Positions 28,223 to 36,300 of a stretch of 64,000 bases of DNA are shown one piece after another. The stretch's first letter is position 1, and the number at the start of each line of letters is the position of its first letter. Position numbers and translations under genes: made by a program. Origin of the DNA: Azospirillum sp. (GTDB lineage: Bacteria > Pseudomonadota > Alphaproteobacteria > Azospirillales > Azospirillaceae); contig NZ_DASPMG010000121.1 in assembly GCF_035627195.1 (NCBI RefSeq), forward strand, positions 2,498-66,497. The letters are read 5' to 3'. Below the pieces are notes generated by a model. That model did no database searches, was not told the DNA's origin, and saw only the letters and a list, made by a program, of their open reading frames with translations.

Positions 28223-28852
28223 TCAGCGCGCCACCAGCAGCTCGGTCACCACGTTGGCGCCGCTGTGGGCCAAGTCCTCGGCCCGCTCGCGCACGTCCAC
28301 CCGGCCGGAGAAGCCGCCGCGGTCGGCCACCGTCTGCAGCCACGCCGGCGAGGTGCCCAGCCCGGCCAGCCGCGCCTTCATCTCGTTGATGGTGCGCAGC
28401 GAGATGATGCCGCTGCGCTCGTCGCGCGGGGCGTGCACCATGAAGGAGGCGCCGGCCTCGGCCCGGCGCGGCAGGCCGGCCATGAACACGCCGAAGCACA
28501 TGCTCTCGCACGCCGCACTGCCGCGCACCAGCGTGACCACCGTGCGGCCGGCCGCGCGCTGGCGCAGCATGGCGTCGATCATGGCGTAGCCAGCCTTCAC
28601 GAAGCCGCCGGGGCTGTCCAGGTCGACCAGCACGGGGCGGGCGGCCGGCGCGGTCTCCAGCGCGTGGATGAAGTCGGCGGCCACGGCGGCGGTGATGACG
28701 CCCGCCACGCGCAGCGTCGTGCGGTCGCCCTCGATGCGCCGGGTCACCGTGCCGACCATCCCGGCGTCCGCCGCCGCCACCATGCCCTCGGTCCCCTCGG
28801 CCAGGCAAGGCAGGGCGGTGAACAGGATCAGGACCGTCAACAGGATGCGCAT
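28223..28852 (-). CDS. Secreted ClpP/S49-like protease-fold protein
   Basis: Signal peptide; LDSPGG, CESMC (putative catalytic Ser), FMVHAP. Confidence 0.7.
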   Translation of the reverse strand: MRILLTVLILFTALPCLAEGTEGMVAAADAGMVGTVTRRIEGDRTTLRVAGVITAAVAADFIHALETAPAARPVLVDLDSPGGFVKAGYAMIDAMLRQRAAGRTVVTLVRGSAACESMCFGVFMAGLPRRAEAGASFMVHAPRDERSGIISLRTINEMKARLAGLGTSPAWLQTVADRGGFSGRVDVRERAEDLAHSGANVVTELLVAR

Positions 28853-28911
28853 CGGTGCCCCCGCGGTTTGTGAAAGCGGGGGGATCGTAAATCGCAGGAA
28901 TGCGGCAGCGC

Positions 28912-28927
28912 TGTGGCAGGGGCCACA
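28912..28927 (-). promoter_or_regulatory. Crp-type box TGTGG-cccctg-CCACA with -10 TACGAT (28889-28884)
   Basis: 22 nt upstream of the -10 hexamer, oriented toward the 28852 gene; lies in the region divergent from crp. Confidence 0.65.
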
Positions 28928-29055
28928 GGCATGCGCAGATCGCACGGCTGCACGGAAGGGGCACACCCGGAACGGCGAAGTACCGCCATTGGCGCCCCCG
29001 GCAGGGGCATTGGCGCCGTGTACACTGAAAACGGCCCAGCTAGGGGAGGCGCCGC

Positions 29056-29769
29056 ATGGCCGGGGTACGGATCGCGTTCGACAAGGAACTCGTGCTCGCC
29101 GGGCACTTCCTTCTCAAGCACCTGGAGCGCGAGGAGCTGAGCCGGCTCGCCTCCAGCGCGCGCCTCGCCTACTTCCCGAAGAACGGCGTCATCTTCCAGA
29201 AGGGCGACCCCGGCGACAGCATGATGGCGATCATCCGCGGCCGGGTGAAGATCTGCTCCCACTCCGTCGACGGGAAGGAGCTGGTGCTGAACATCATCAA
29301 CAAGGGCGGCCTGTTCGGCGAGATCGCGCTGCTGGACGGCGAACCGCGCACCGCCGACGCCATAGCGCTGGAGGAGACGGACCTCCTGGTGCTGGAGCGC
29401 GCGCAGTTCATGCCCTTCCTCACCGCCCGGCCGGACCTGTCGCTGCGCCTGATCAGCGTGCTGTGCAAGCGCCTGCGCCAGACCAGCGAGCATCTGGAGG
29501 ACACGCTGTTCCTGGAAGCCTCCTCCCGCTTCGCCCGCGCCCTGCTGCGGCTGGTGGAGGTGTTCGGCAAGCCCGCGCCGCAGAACGCCATCCGCCTGGA
29601 CATCAAACTGTCGCAGCAGCAGCTGGGCTGCCTCGTCGGCGTGTCGCGCGAGAGCATCAACAAGCTCCTGAACGAATGGCAGCGCAGCGGCGTGATCGGC
29701 ATGGACGCCGGCTACATCACCGTGCGCGACCGCGACGCCCTGGACGAGATCGGCAACACCTGCGCGTGA
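29056..29769 (+). CDS. Crp/Fnr-family transcriptional regulator (cNMP-binding)
   Basis: FGEIALLDGEPRTADA phosphate-binding cassette; C-helix LRQTSE; HTH GVSRESINKLL. Confidence 0.92.
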   Translation: MAGVRIAFDKELVLAGHFLLKHLEREELSRLASSARLAYFPKNGVIFQKGDPGDSMMAIIRGRVKICSHSVDGKELVLNIINKGGLFGEIALLDGEPRTADAIALEETDLLVLERAQFMPFLTARPDLSLRLISVLCKRLRQTSEHLEDTLFLEASSRFARALLRLVEVFGKPAPQNAIRLDIKLSQQQLGCLVGVSRESINKLLNEWQRSGVIGMDAGYITVRDRDALDEIGNTCA

Positions 29770-29784
29770 CCGGAGTGTTCATGA

Positions 29785-29866
29785 GACACGGATGAACACG
29801 GATGTTTCGCGGATGAACACGGATCTGCCGAACACCGCATAAATCCTATCCGTGTTCATCCGTGTC
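29785..29866. repeat. Inverted-repeat element GACACGGATGAACACGGAT...ATCCGTGTTCATCCGTGTC
   Basis: Perfect 19-bp inverted repeat (29785-29803 / 29848-29866) with an internal direct copy of CGGATGAACACGGAT. Confidence 0.75.
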
Positions 29867-29899
29867 CGATTTCTCTTCCTCTGAATTTTCATGCCCCCG

Positions 29900-29915
29900 T
29901 GTGGCCCGGCTCACA
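29900..29915 (+). promoter_or_regulatory. Crp-type box TGTGG-cccggc-TCACA with -10 TATGCT (29937-29942)
   Basis: Centre at -41.5 from a predicted +1 at 29949; upstream of 29981 and 30202. Confidence 0.75.
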
Positions 29916-29980
29916 GCGCGCCGGTGCCCGCGGACCTATGCTCCTCCCATCACGAGCACCCGCACCTCTGGGAGGAGCCA

Positions 29981-30169
29981 ATGTCCGGCGAAGATTTCGT
30001 CACCCTCGGCCTGATGGACCGCTGCTACGTCAAGCGCGTCACCCGCCGCGGCCGGACCAGCTACGCCTGCTACGCGGCCGACGGCACCTACCTCTGGCGC
30101 TATCCCAGCCGCGAGATCGCCTTCGCGGCCCTGCGCCAGCACGACATGGAACCGCTCAGCGCCCACTAA
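29981..30169 (+). CDS. DUF1150-family small protein (paralog of 27117)
   Basis: CYVKRV, YAADG, REIAFAALRQHDMEPLSAH; GGGAGGAG RBS. Confidence 0.8.
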   Translation: MSGEDFVTLGLMDRCYVKRVTRRGRTSYACYAADGTYLWRYPSREIAFAALRQHDMEPLSAH

Positions 30170-30201
30170 GCCAGACCGATCTCCGTTAAAGGAACACTCC
30201 G

Positions 30202-30825
30202 ATGACCCGCATCCGCCCGCTGTTCACCGCCGCCACCACCCTGGTGCTGCTGTCCGCCGGCGGCGCCGCCGCGCAGGACGCGGGCGGCATCGGCTTTCCC
30301 ACCGGCGTCAGCGCCGCCAACATGGCGCAGGCCTTCGCCCAGCCCGTGCGCATGCCGGTCTTCACCGCGCCGCGCCGCATCACGCCGCCGGGCGCCATGG
30401 TCACCAACCCCTCCGTCAGCCGCAAGCAGGTGCACCAGCAGCAGATCGCCAAGATCCGCGGCGACGCCGGCTTCCTGGGCGGCTTCAGCAAGGGCCAGCC
30501 CCTGGCCGCCAGCCGCCAGCCGCCGCCGGAGTTCGTCCCCTCCTTCACCATCATCGAGGCGCCGTTCATCTTCAACAACATCAACGGCACGCTGGACCTG
30601 GGCGTGGGCAACGGGGGCGGCGGCACCGCGCCGGACGGAACCGCAGTCGGCGGCACGGCCGGCGGAACCGGGGGCACGGGCGTCACCCCGCCGGTGCCGC
30701 TGGACGGTCTGGCGACGGCGCTGGCGAACGGCAACGTGACCTTCAACAACGTCAACAGCGCGGTCAACATCGCCGCCGGCACCGGCAACGTCGCCGTGCA
30801 GAACATCAAGTCCGTGCAGAAATAA
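30202..30825 (+). CDS. Secreted hypothetical protein with a C-terminal Asn-rich Fap/curlin-like motif
   Basis: Signal peptide; FNNINGTLDLGVGNG and FNNVNSAVNIAAGTGNVAVQNI. Confidence 0.65.
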   Translation: MTRIRPLFTAATTLVLLSAGGAAAQDAGGIGFPTGVSAANMAQAFAQPVRMPVFTAPRRITPPGAMVTNPSVSRKQVHQQQIAKIRGDAGFLGGFSKGQPLAASRQPPPEFVPSFTIIEAPFIFNNINGTLDLGVGNGGGGTAPDGTAVGGTAGGTGGTGVTPPVPLDGLATALANGNVTFNNVNSAVNIAAGTGNVAVQNIKSVQK

Positions 30826-31009
30826 CGGTGCGGGGCCGGCCAACGCCGGCCCCGTTCCGCGCGCAAAGGGCGCCATTCCCGCCACTTTCACAACCGCGAC
30901 GATCGGCCGCAGCGAGGTCTGCGGCTTGATTTCTGTTAAAAGTAGTCTACCATCCGCGCTCCACAATCCTGCGGCTATCTGCGCCGCAGGTAAATCGGAG
31001 ACGCATTGA

Positions 31010-31879
31010 ATGGCTGTTGTTACCGTCAACCCGTCCGTAAACTACAATTTCTATAACACCGACGACAACCAGATTACCGTCGGCGGAATCACCCTGGCGT
31101 CCTTCACGCCGACCGCCGTCACCATTCGCGAGACCTACGGCACCGAGACGTTCACGACTGTGCTGCGCGGTTCCTTCACCGGCGCCGGCACCAGCATGAA
31201 CACGGTTTCCGGCACCATCACCGGCATCGACGAAGGTGCGGGCGGCGGCCTGACCGGCGCCACCATCAGCGGCCTGAACTTCCCGTGGGACGCCCTGCTT
31301 GCCGGGACCACGAAGACCTCGGACCTCTACTCGGGCAACGACGCGTTCTTCGGCGCCTCCTACAACGACCGCTTCGCCGGTTACCTGGGCAACGACACCG
31401 CCTACGGCGGCGGCGGCACCGACGTGATGTACGGCAACCAGGGCGGCGACGTCCTGTACGGCGACGCCGGCAACGACACGCTGTTCGGCGGCCAGGGCGG
31501 CGACCTGATCTTCGGCGGCGCCGACGCCGACGTGATCTACGGCAACATGATGGAAGACACCATCTCCGGCGCCGAGGGGAACGACACCATCTTCGGCGGC
31601 CAGGGCGACGACCGCATCCTGGGAGAGGCCGGCAACGACGTGCTGGCCGGCAACCTGGGCGCCGACCGCTTCGTCTTCGCCACCGGCCAGGGTAACGACC
31701 AGATCCGCGGCTTCAACGCCGACCAGGGCGACCGCATCGAGCTGGCCGCCGGCATGACCTACACCACCGGTGCCGCCAGCGACGGGTCGACCATCCTGGC
31801 GCTGTCCGGCGGCGGCACGGTGACGCTGGTCGGCATCGCGCCGACCGCCTTCAACGCCGCGTGGGTGTTGAACGCGTAA
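31010..31879 (+). CDS. RTX/hemolysin-type Ca2+-binding repeat protein
   Basis: Tandem GGxGxDxL nonapeptides; C-terminal GADRFVF...GNDQI..F....GDRI.L type I secretion-type tail. Confidence 0.88.
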   Translation: MAVVTVNPSVNYNFYNTDDNQITVGGITLASFTPTAVTIRETYGTETFTTVLRGSFTGAGTSMNTVSGTITGIDEGAGGGLTGATISGLNFPWDALLAGTTKTSDLYSGNDAFFGASYNDRFAGYLGNDTAYGGGGTDVMYGNQGGDVLYGDAGNDTLFGGQGGDLIFGGADADVIYGNMMEDTISGAEGNDTIFGGQGDDRILGEAGNDVLAGNLGADRFVFATGQGNDQIRGFNADQGDRIELAAGMTYTTGAASDGSTILALSGGGTVTLVGIAPTAFNAAWVLNA

Positions 31880-31925
31880 GCGACCAAAGCCCCTCCTCCG
31901 GCCCCACCGGGGGAGGGGCGTCGCC

Positions 31926-34820
31926 TCAATTCAATTCCCGCGCGACGCGGAAGCCGTTGTTGATGTAGCGGACGTCGATGTCGTACTGGCCGCGCCCGGT
32001 CGCCGAGATCTCGGGCAGCGCGTTGCGCCAGGAACCGCCGCGCAGAACCCGCTTGCGGCAGTTGCCCTCCTGCCAGGCGCTGCCGTCCACGGGGGCGCCC
32101 TGGTAGCTGCCGTTCCAGCAGTCGGCCACCCATTCCGCCACGCCGCCGTTCATGTCGTGCAGGCCGAAGGGGTTGGGCTTGTAGCTGCCGGCGGCGGCGG
32201 GGGTCAGCCGCTCGTGCGGGCCGCCGCAGTTGGTGCAGTTGGCGAAGATGCCCTGCTCGCTGCCCCACCAGAATGCCCCGACGCTGCCGGCGCGCGCGGT
32301 GTATTCCCACTCCGCTTCCGACGGCAGGCGGTAGCGCTGGCCGGTCTTCTGGCTCAGCCACTTCACATAGGCCTGCGCGTCCTCCCAGTGCACGTTGTAC
32401 ACGGGCGTGCTGTCGGTGGGGTTGGTCATGCGCGGCATGTTGGGGCAGCCGCCGCCCTCGACGCAGGCCCGCCACTCGCCCACCGTCACCTCGTAGGCGC
32501 CCAGCGCGAACGGCTTGGCGATGGTCACCCGGTGCACCGGCTTCTCGGCGGAATCGCCCCGGTCGTTGCCCATCATGAACCAGCCGGGCGGGATGCGCAC
32601 CATCACCGGGCATTCCGGGCAGTCCTGGAAGCTGTTGCCGCGCCCGTGCGTGCGCACGGCGCTGCCGTTGCCCGGCGGGGGCGGCGGGGCCGCGGCGGCG
32701 ACCTGCTGCGGCGCGGGCGCCGGAGCCGGAGCGGGCGGCGGTGGCGGCGGTGCGGCGGCCTGCTGCTGGACCTGCTGCTGCTGGACCTGCTGCTGCTGGG
32801 GTTGCGGCGGCGCCTGCGTGTGCGGCTGCGGCGCCTGCTGCTGCGGCGGCTGGGCCTGTGCCGGGGCCTGTGCCGGTGCCGGCCGCACCAGCGGCGCGAA
32901 GATGAAGCCCTGGCTGCCGTCCTCCAGCGCGATGCGCAGCCAGTTGGCGCCCGGCACCCGGCCCAGCACGCGCACGCTGGCGCCGCTGGTCACGTGGCCC
33001 ACGCGGGCCGCACTGGTGTTGGGGGCGGAGCGCAGGTTGGAATCGCTCACCACCGTGAAGGCACCGCCCTCCACCGGTTCCAGCGGCGCGCCGGCCATGG
33101 CGACCTCGGTGCCGGCCGCCGCGGCGGCATCGGCGGGCTCGCCGCCGCTCGACCCGGCCACCGCCATATCCGCCTTGGGATCGGCCTTCGGTTCCTCGCC
33201 CTTCGGCGGCGCCAGCTTCTCCACCTGCTGGCGCGCCATCTGGGCATAGCCGCTGCGCCCGAACAGGCGCAGGAACGCCTCATAGTCGGCGGCGTCGCTG
33301 CTGCCGCGCACGCGTTCCCACACCGTCTGCTCGATCTCCGCCACCGGCAGCGCGCCGGGCTCGGCGATCTCGACCGCGACGGTGGCGGTGGAGCGGCCGC
33401 CCTTGCCGTCCTCGACGACGATGGCGAAGGCCCCGGCCGGGCCGGCCGGCGCGCGCTCGGGGTCGAAGACCAGGCCGGTCAGCGCGTCGGCGCTCAGCCG
33501 GTCGCCCGCCTTCACCACGGTGGCGCCGCTCTTCACCTTGCCGCGCTCGGGCACGCCGGACACGGTGATGGTCAGCGCGTCGCCGTCCGGGTCGCTCGGC
33601 GCCTCGATGCCCAGCGGGTTGGCGACGACGCGCAGCGTGCGGTCGGACACCACCAGCGGCGCCCGGTTGCTGGGCTTGATGGTGATCGGCACCACGCCCT
33701 TCACGGTGCCGCCGCGCCCGTCCATCACGGTGAACTCGAAGCCGCCGGCGTCGCCGCGGAAGCTGGTGTCGGGCTTGAAGCTGGTGGCGGCCAGCTGGTC
33801 CACCGTCAGATAGTCGCCGATCAGGACGGAGCGTTCGCCGATGCGCACGTTGCCGCCGCGCGGCAGGCCGGTGACGCGGGCGAACAGCTGGTCGTCGTCG
33901 GGGTCGGTCGGCTGGCCGATGCGCAGCGGCTCGGGCTCGGCGCGGTCCAGGATCTCCAGGGGCCGCAGGTCGGCCAGCAGCGGCGGGCGGTTCGGCGGAC
34001 GCGGGTTGAAGTAGAAGGGCGTGGCGCCCAGCGTGCCGTAGATATACGGCTCCTGCCGGCCGTCGGTGGCCTGCTTGACCGTGTCGCGCACGTTGCGGAA
34101 GAACAGGCTCAGCTCCAGGCCCGGCGTCTGCAGGTGCTTCAGCAGCGCCTGGGTGTAGGGGCTGTGCTCGCCCTGCCCGTCCTCGGCCAGCTGGTCGGCG
34201 CGGGTGGCCATGGCGACCAGCGTGTCGCTGGGCGTGTCGTCGATGCGGGCGAAGCCGGCGTGCGTCTGCTGGCGGTTGGCGCCGGTGCGCGCCAGCTTGT
34301 CGACGAAGGGGTTGTTGCGGCAGGCGTCGAGGATGAGGATGCCCAGCTTGCGCGCCTGCGCCAGCTCGCCCATCGGCAGGTTCAAGGGCATCGCCTCGTA
34401 GACGAGGTCGCGTTCGCGCTCCAGCCGCGCGTCCGACGGGATCAAATAGTTGGTGCCGCCCACCTGGATGCCGTGTCCGGCGTAGTACAGCACCGCCACG
34501 TCCGCCTGGCTGGCGCTGATGCCGAACTGGCGCAACGCGTCGGCGAATCCGCGGATGTCCAAGTCCTGCTTCTCCTCCACGGTGAAGTGCAGCTTGCGCA
34601 GCATCTCGGCGATGGCGCGGGCGTCGTTGCGTGGGTTCACCAGTTCCGGCGCGTTGCGGTAGGCGCTGATGCCGATCACCAGCGCGATGCGTTTCTCGGT
34701 GGCCGTGGCCGGGGACGCGCCCGGCCCGGCCTGGGCCGCTGCCTGCCCCACACCCGCCGCCAGCAGCACGAGCACCGCCACCGCCCGCGCCAGCCAGCCT
34801 CGCAGCATCCCTCTCAGCAT
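31926..34820 (-). CDS. Secreted caspase (C14) + two Ig/cadherin-like repeats + SH3 + Pro/Gln linker + FGE-sulfatase domain protein
   Basis: RIALVIG, YYAGHG and ILDACR dyad; DPDDD/DPDGD repeats; SNLRSAPN SH3; FQDCPECPVMV, RLPSEAEWEY, PNPFGLHDMNG, RGGSW, NGFRVAR. Confidence 0.88.
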   Translation of the reverse strand: MLRGMLRGWLARAVAVLVLLAAGVGQAAAQAGPGASPATATEKRIALVIGISAYRNAPELVNPRNDARAIAEMLRKLHFTVEEKQDLDIRGFADALRQFGISASQADVAVLYYAGHGIQVGGTNYLIPSDARLERERDLVYEAMPLNLPMGELAQARKLGILILDACRNNPFVDKLARTGANRQQTHAGFARIDDTPSDTLVAMATRADQLAEDGQGEHSPYTQALLKHLQTPGLELSLFFRNVRDTVKQATDGRQEPYIYGTLGATPFYFNPRPPNRPPLLADLRPLEILDRAEPEPLRIGQPTDPDDDQLFARVTGLPRGGNVRIGERSVLIGDYLTVDQLAATSFKPDTSFRGDAGGFEFTVMDGRGGTVKGVVPITIKPSNRAPLVVSDRTLRVVANPLGIEAPSDPDGDALTITVSGVPERGKVKSGATVVKAGDRLSADALTGLVFDPERAPAGPAGAFAIVVEDGKGGRSTATVAVEIAEPGALPVAEIEQTVWERVRGSSDAADYEAFLRLFGRSGYAQMARQQVEKLAPPKGEEPKADPKADMAVAGSSGGEPADAAAAAGTEVAMAGAPLEPVEGGAFTVVSDSNLRSAPNTSAARVGHVTSGASVRVLGRVPGANWLRIALEDGSQGFIFAPLVRPAPAQAPAQAQPPQQQAPQPHTQAPPQPQQQQVQQQQVQQQAAAPPPPPPAPAPAPAPQQVAAAAPPPPPGNGSAVRTHGRGNSFQDCPECPVMVRIPPGWFMMGNDRGDSAEKPVHRVTIAKPFALGAYEVTVGEWRACVEGGGCPNMPRMTNPTDSTPVYNVHWEDAQAYVKWLSQKTGQRYRLPSEAEWEYTARAGSVGAFWWGSEQGIFANCTNCGGPHERLTPAAAGSYKPNPFGLHDMNGGVAEWVADCWNGSYQGAPVDGSAWQEGNCRKRVLRGGSWRNALPEISATGRGQYDIDVRYINNGFRVARELN

Positions 34821-35084
34821 CGCCGCCTCCTTCGCCGCCGTCCTCCTGGCCGAGGAGACCCGCCGAACCCTTCACCCGGCGCACCCGTCATTCGACGCAT
34901 GCGCGACCGGCGCCAAGGCAGCCACCCCGGAGCAACCGGAAACCTGGCCGCGCAATTTGGCGCAAAATGAAGACCATTGGCTGGACGGAGGAGAGTTTAT
35001 CTTTAAACGGCGATGCGTGCCAAGCACGCGATTTGCCTACTCCCCAGAATGGGGCAAATAAACCCTCCGGCGAAGTACCCCGTT

Positions 35085-35399
35085 TTATTTGGAACGGCGG
35101 GCCCGGCGACGATCGTGGGAAGCCGCGCGGTCGCCGATGCCGGCCATCGGCAGCGGCGTGCGCACCCCGCACTCGACGGCGATGCGTTCAACGGCCGCTT
35201 CCAGCAATGCGATACGCTGCTCGGTGGCAAGCAACCGAAGATCGAACCCATCCTGTGCCGTCTGCCGGCTGGCCAGCCAGTCGAGCAGCGCCGTGGCGGT
35301 GATCTGCCCCAACCGCAGGGCCTTGGCGGCTTCGCGCAAGGCCCGGCGCATCTCGGTGTCCTGGGGAACCCGCAGGCTCATGGTTGGCGTGCCGGTCAT
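35085..35399 (-). CDS. Hypothetical protein (possible RHH-like N-terminus and coiled coil)
   Basis: 104-aa ORF TMSLRVP...RRALREAAKAL...EQRIALLEAAVERI; GGAG upstream; borders an AT-richer tract. Confidence 0.45.
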   Translation of the reverse strand: MTGTPTMSLRVPQDTEMRRALREAAKALRLGQITATALLDWLASRQTAQDGFDLRLLATEQRIALLEAAVERIAVECGVRTPLPMAGIGDRAASHDRRRARRSK

Positions 35400-36021
35400 G
35401 TAACACGCTCCGTATCACGAAACACTTCACACCCTGCATTCATTGCCTTGTATTGTATCACACCGGATAACCGCAAAGGGTGCGGCCGGAGTGACCTGTA
35501 ACACGGTCTGTATTGCATTTTGCGCAACCGGTTATCGCTTGCCTGTTCGCTTGGAGAAGCGGAAAATTGGAGTGGGTATAAACTCTGACGGATGCAGAGT
35601 CTATATCATTTTGTTTTGAGAGCAAGCAATCCATACAATTCCGGAGGCGGAATTTTAAAACTTGCGCTGGGTCATTTTTGAAAATTAACCACACTCCGGC
35701 ACTCCACTCCTGTTCGCACCATGAAAATCACAACGGAAGGATGCGGCACGGTTCTGATGAACGACGCCGCCAGCGCTATGCTCCACGCCTACGACTTCGC
35801 GCTGCGGCGCGTGGGGAAGTTGGTGGCGCTGGATATCGCGTCGGAGGCCCGCGAGAGCGCCACCCAAGGTTGAGCAAGGCACCCATGGAGGTGGCGGCGT
35901 TGCGCCTGATTCCAGGCGAACCGGCGCTTATCGCGCCCGATACTCCGTCATGACGGACACGCGACGTTGGGTTTTCGCTGACGCTAAGAAAAAACAAGGG
36001 GCAGGCAGTTCCGAAGACGGT

Positions 36022-36154
36022 GCCCTTCTCCCCTTGAGGGAGAAGGGTTGGGATGAGGGGTACTTACGCCCGGCAGGGCGGACAAAGACTCTTTTCCGGC
36101 CTGCCGGCCGTAATCACCCTCACCCCAACCCCTCTCCCCTCAAGGGAGAGGGGC
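36022..36154. repeat. REP-like element family B
   Basis: Near-identical to 40879-41016. Confidence 0.8.
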
Positions 36155-36206
36155 ATTTAAACGGTTTCATCCCGCTGCGGGTCGACGCGCCAGCGCCGGT
36201 GAGAAT

Positions 36207-36280
36207 TCAACCCAACCTACGGGCCAACCCACGGGAACTTCCCGCGTAGGTTGGGTTGAGGCCAAAGCCGGAAACCCAAC
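36207..36280. repeat. REP-like element family C
   Basis: TCAACCCAACCTACG / CGTAGGTTGGGTTGA inverted pair. Confidence 0.75.
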
Positions 36281-36300
36281 GCCCGCGCCCTCCCCGCGCG

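Noticed and set aside
31010-31879. RTX protein as a member of the Crp regulon
   Set aside because: No intact box upstream (only a lone TCACA at ~30888); it is a likely type I secretion substrate with no exporter in the window
35490-35505. AGTGA-cctgta-ACACG Crp-like site
   Set aside because: Lacks the TGTGG half-site and I found no correctly spaced -10 element
35678-35997. Short ORFs between the AT-rich tract and the REP
   Set aside because: No RBS, motifs or typical codon pattern to support any of them
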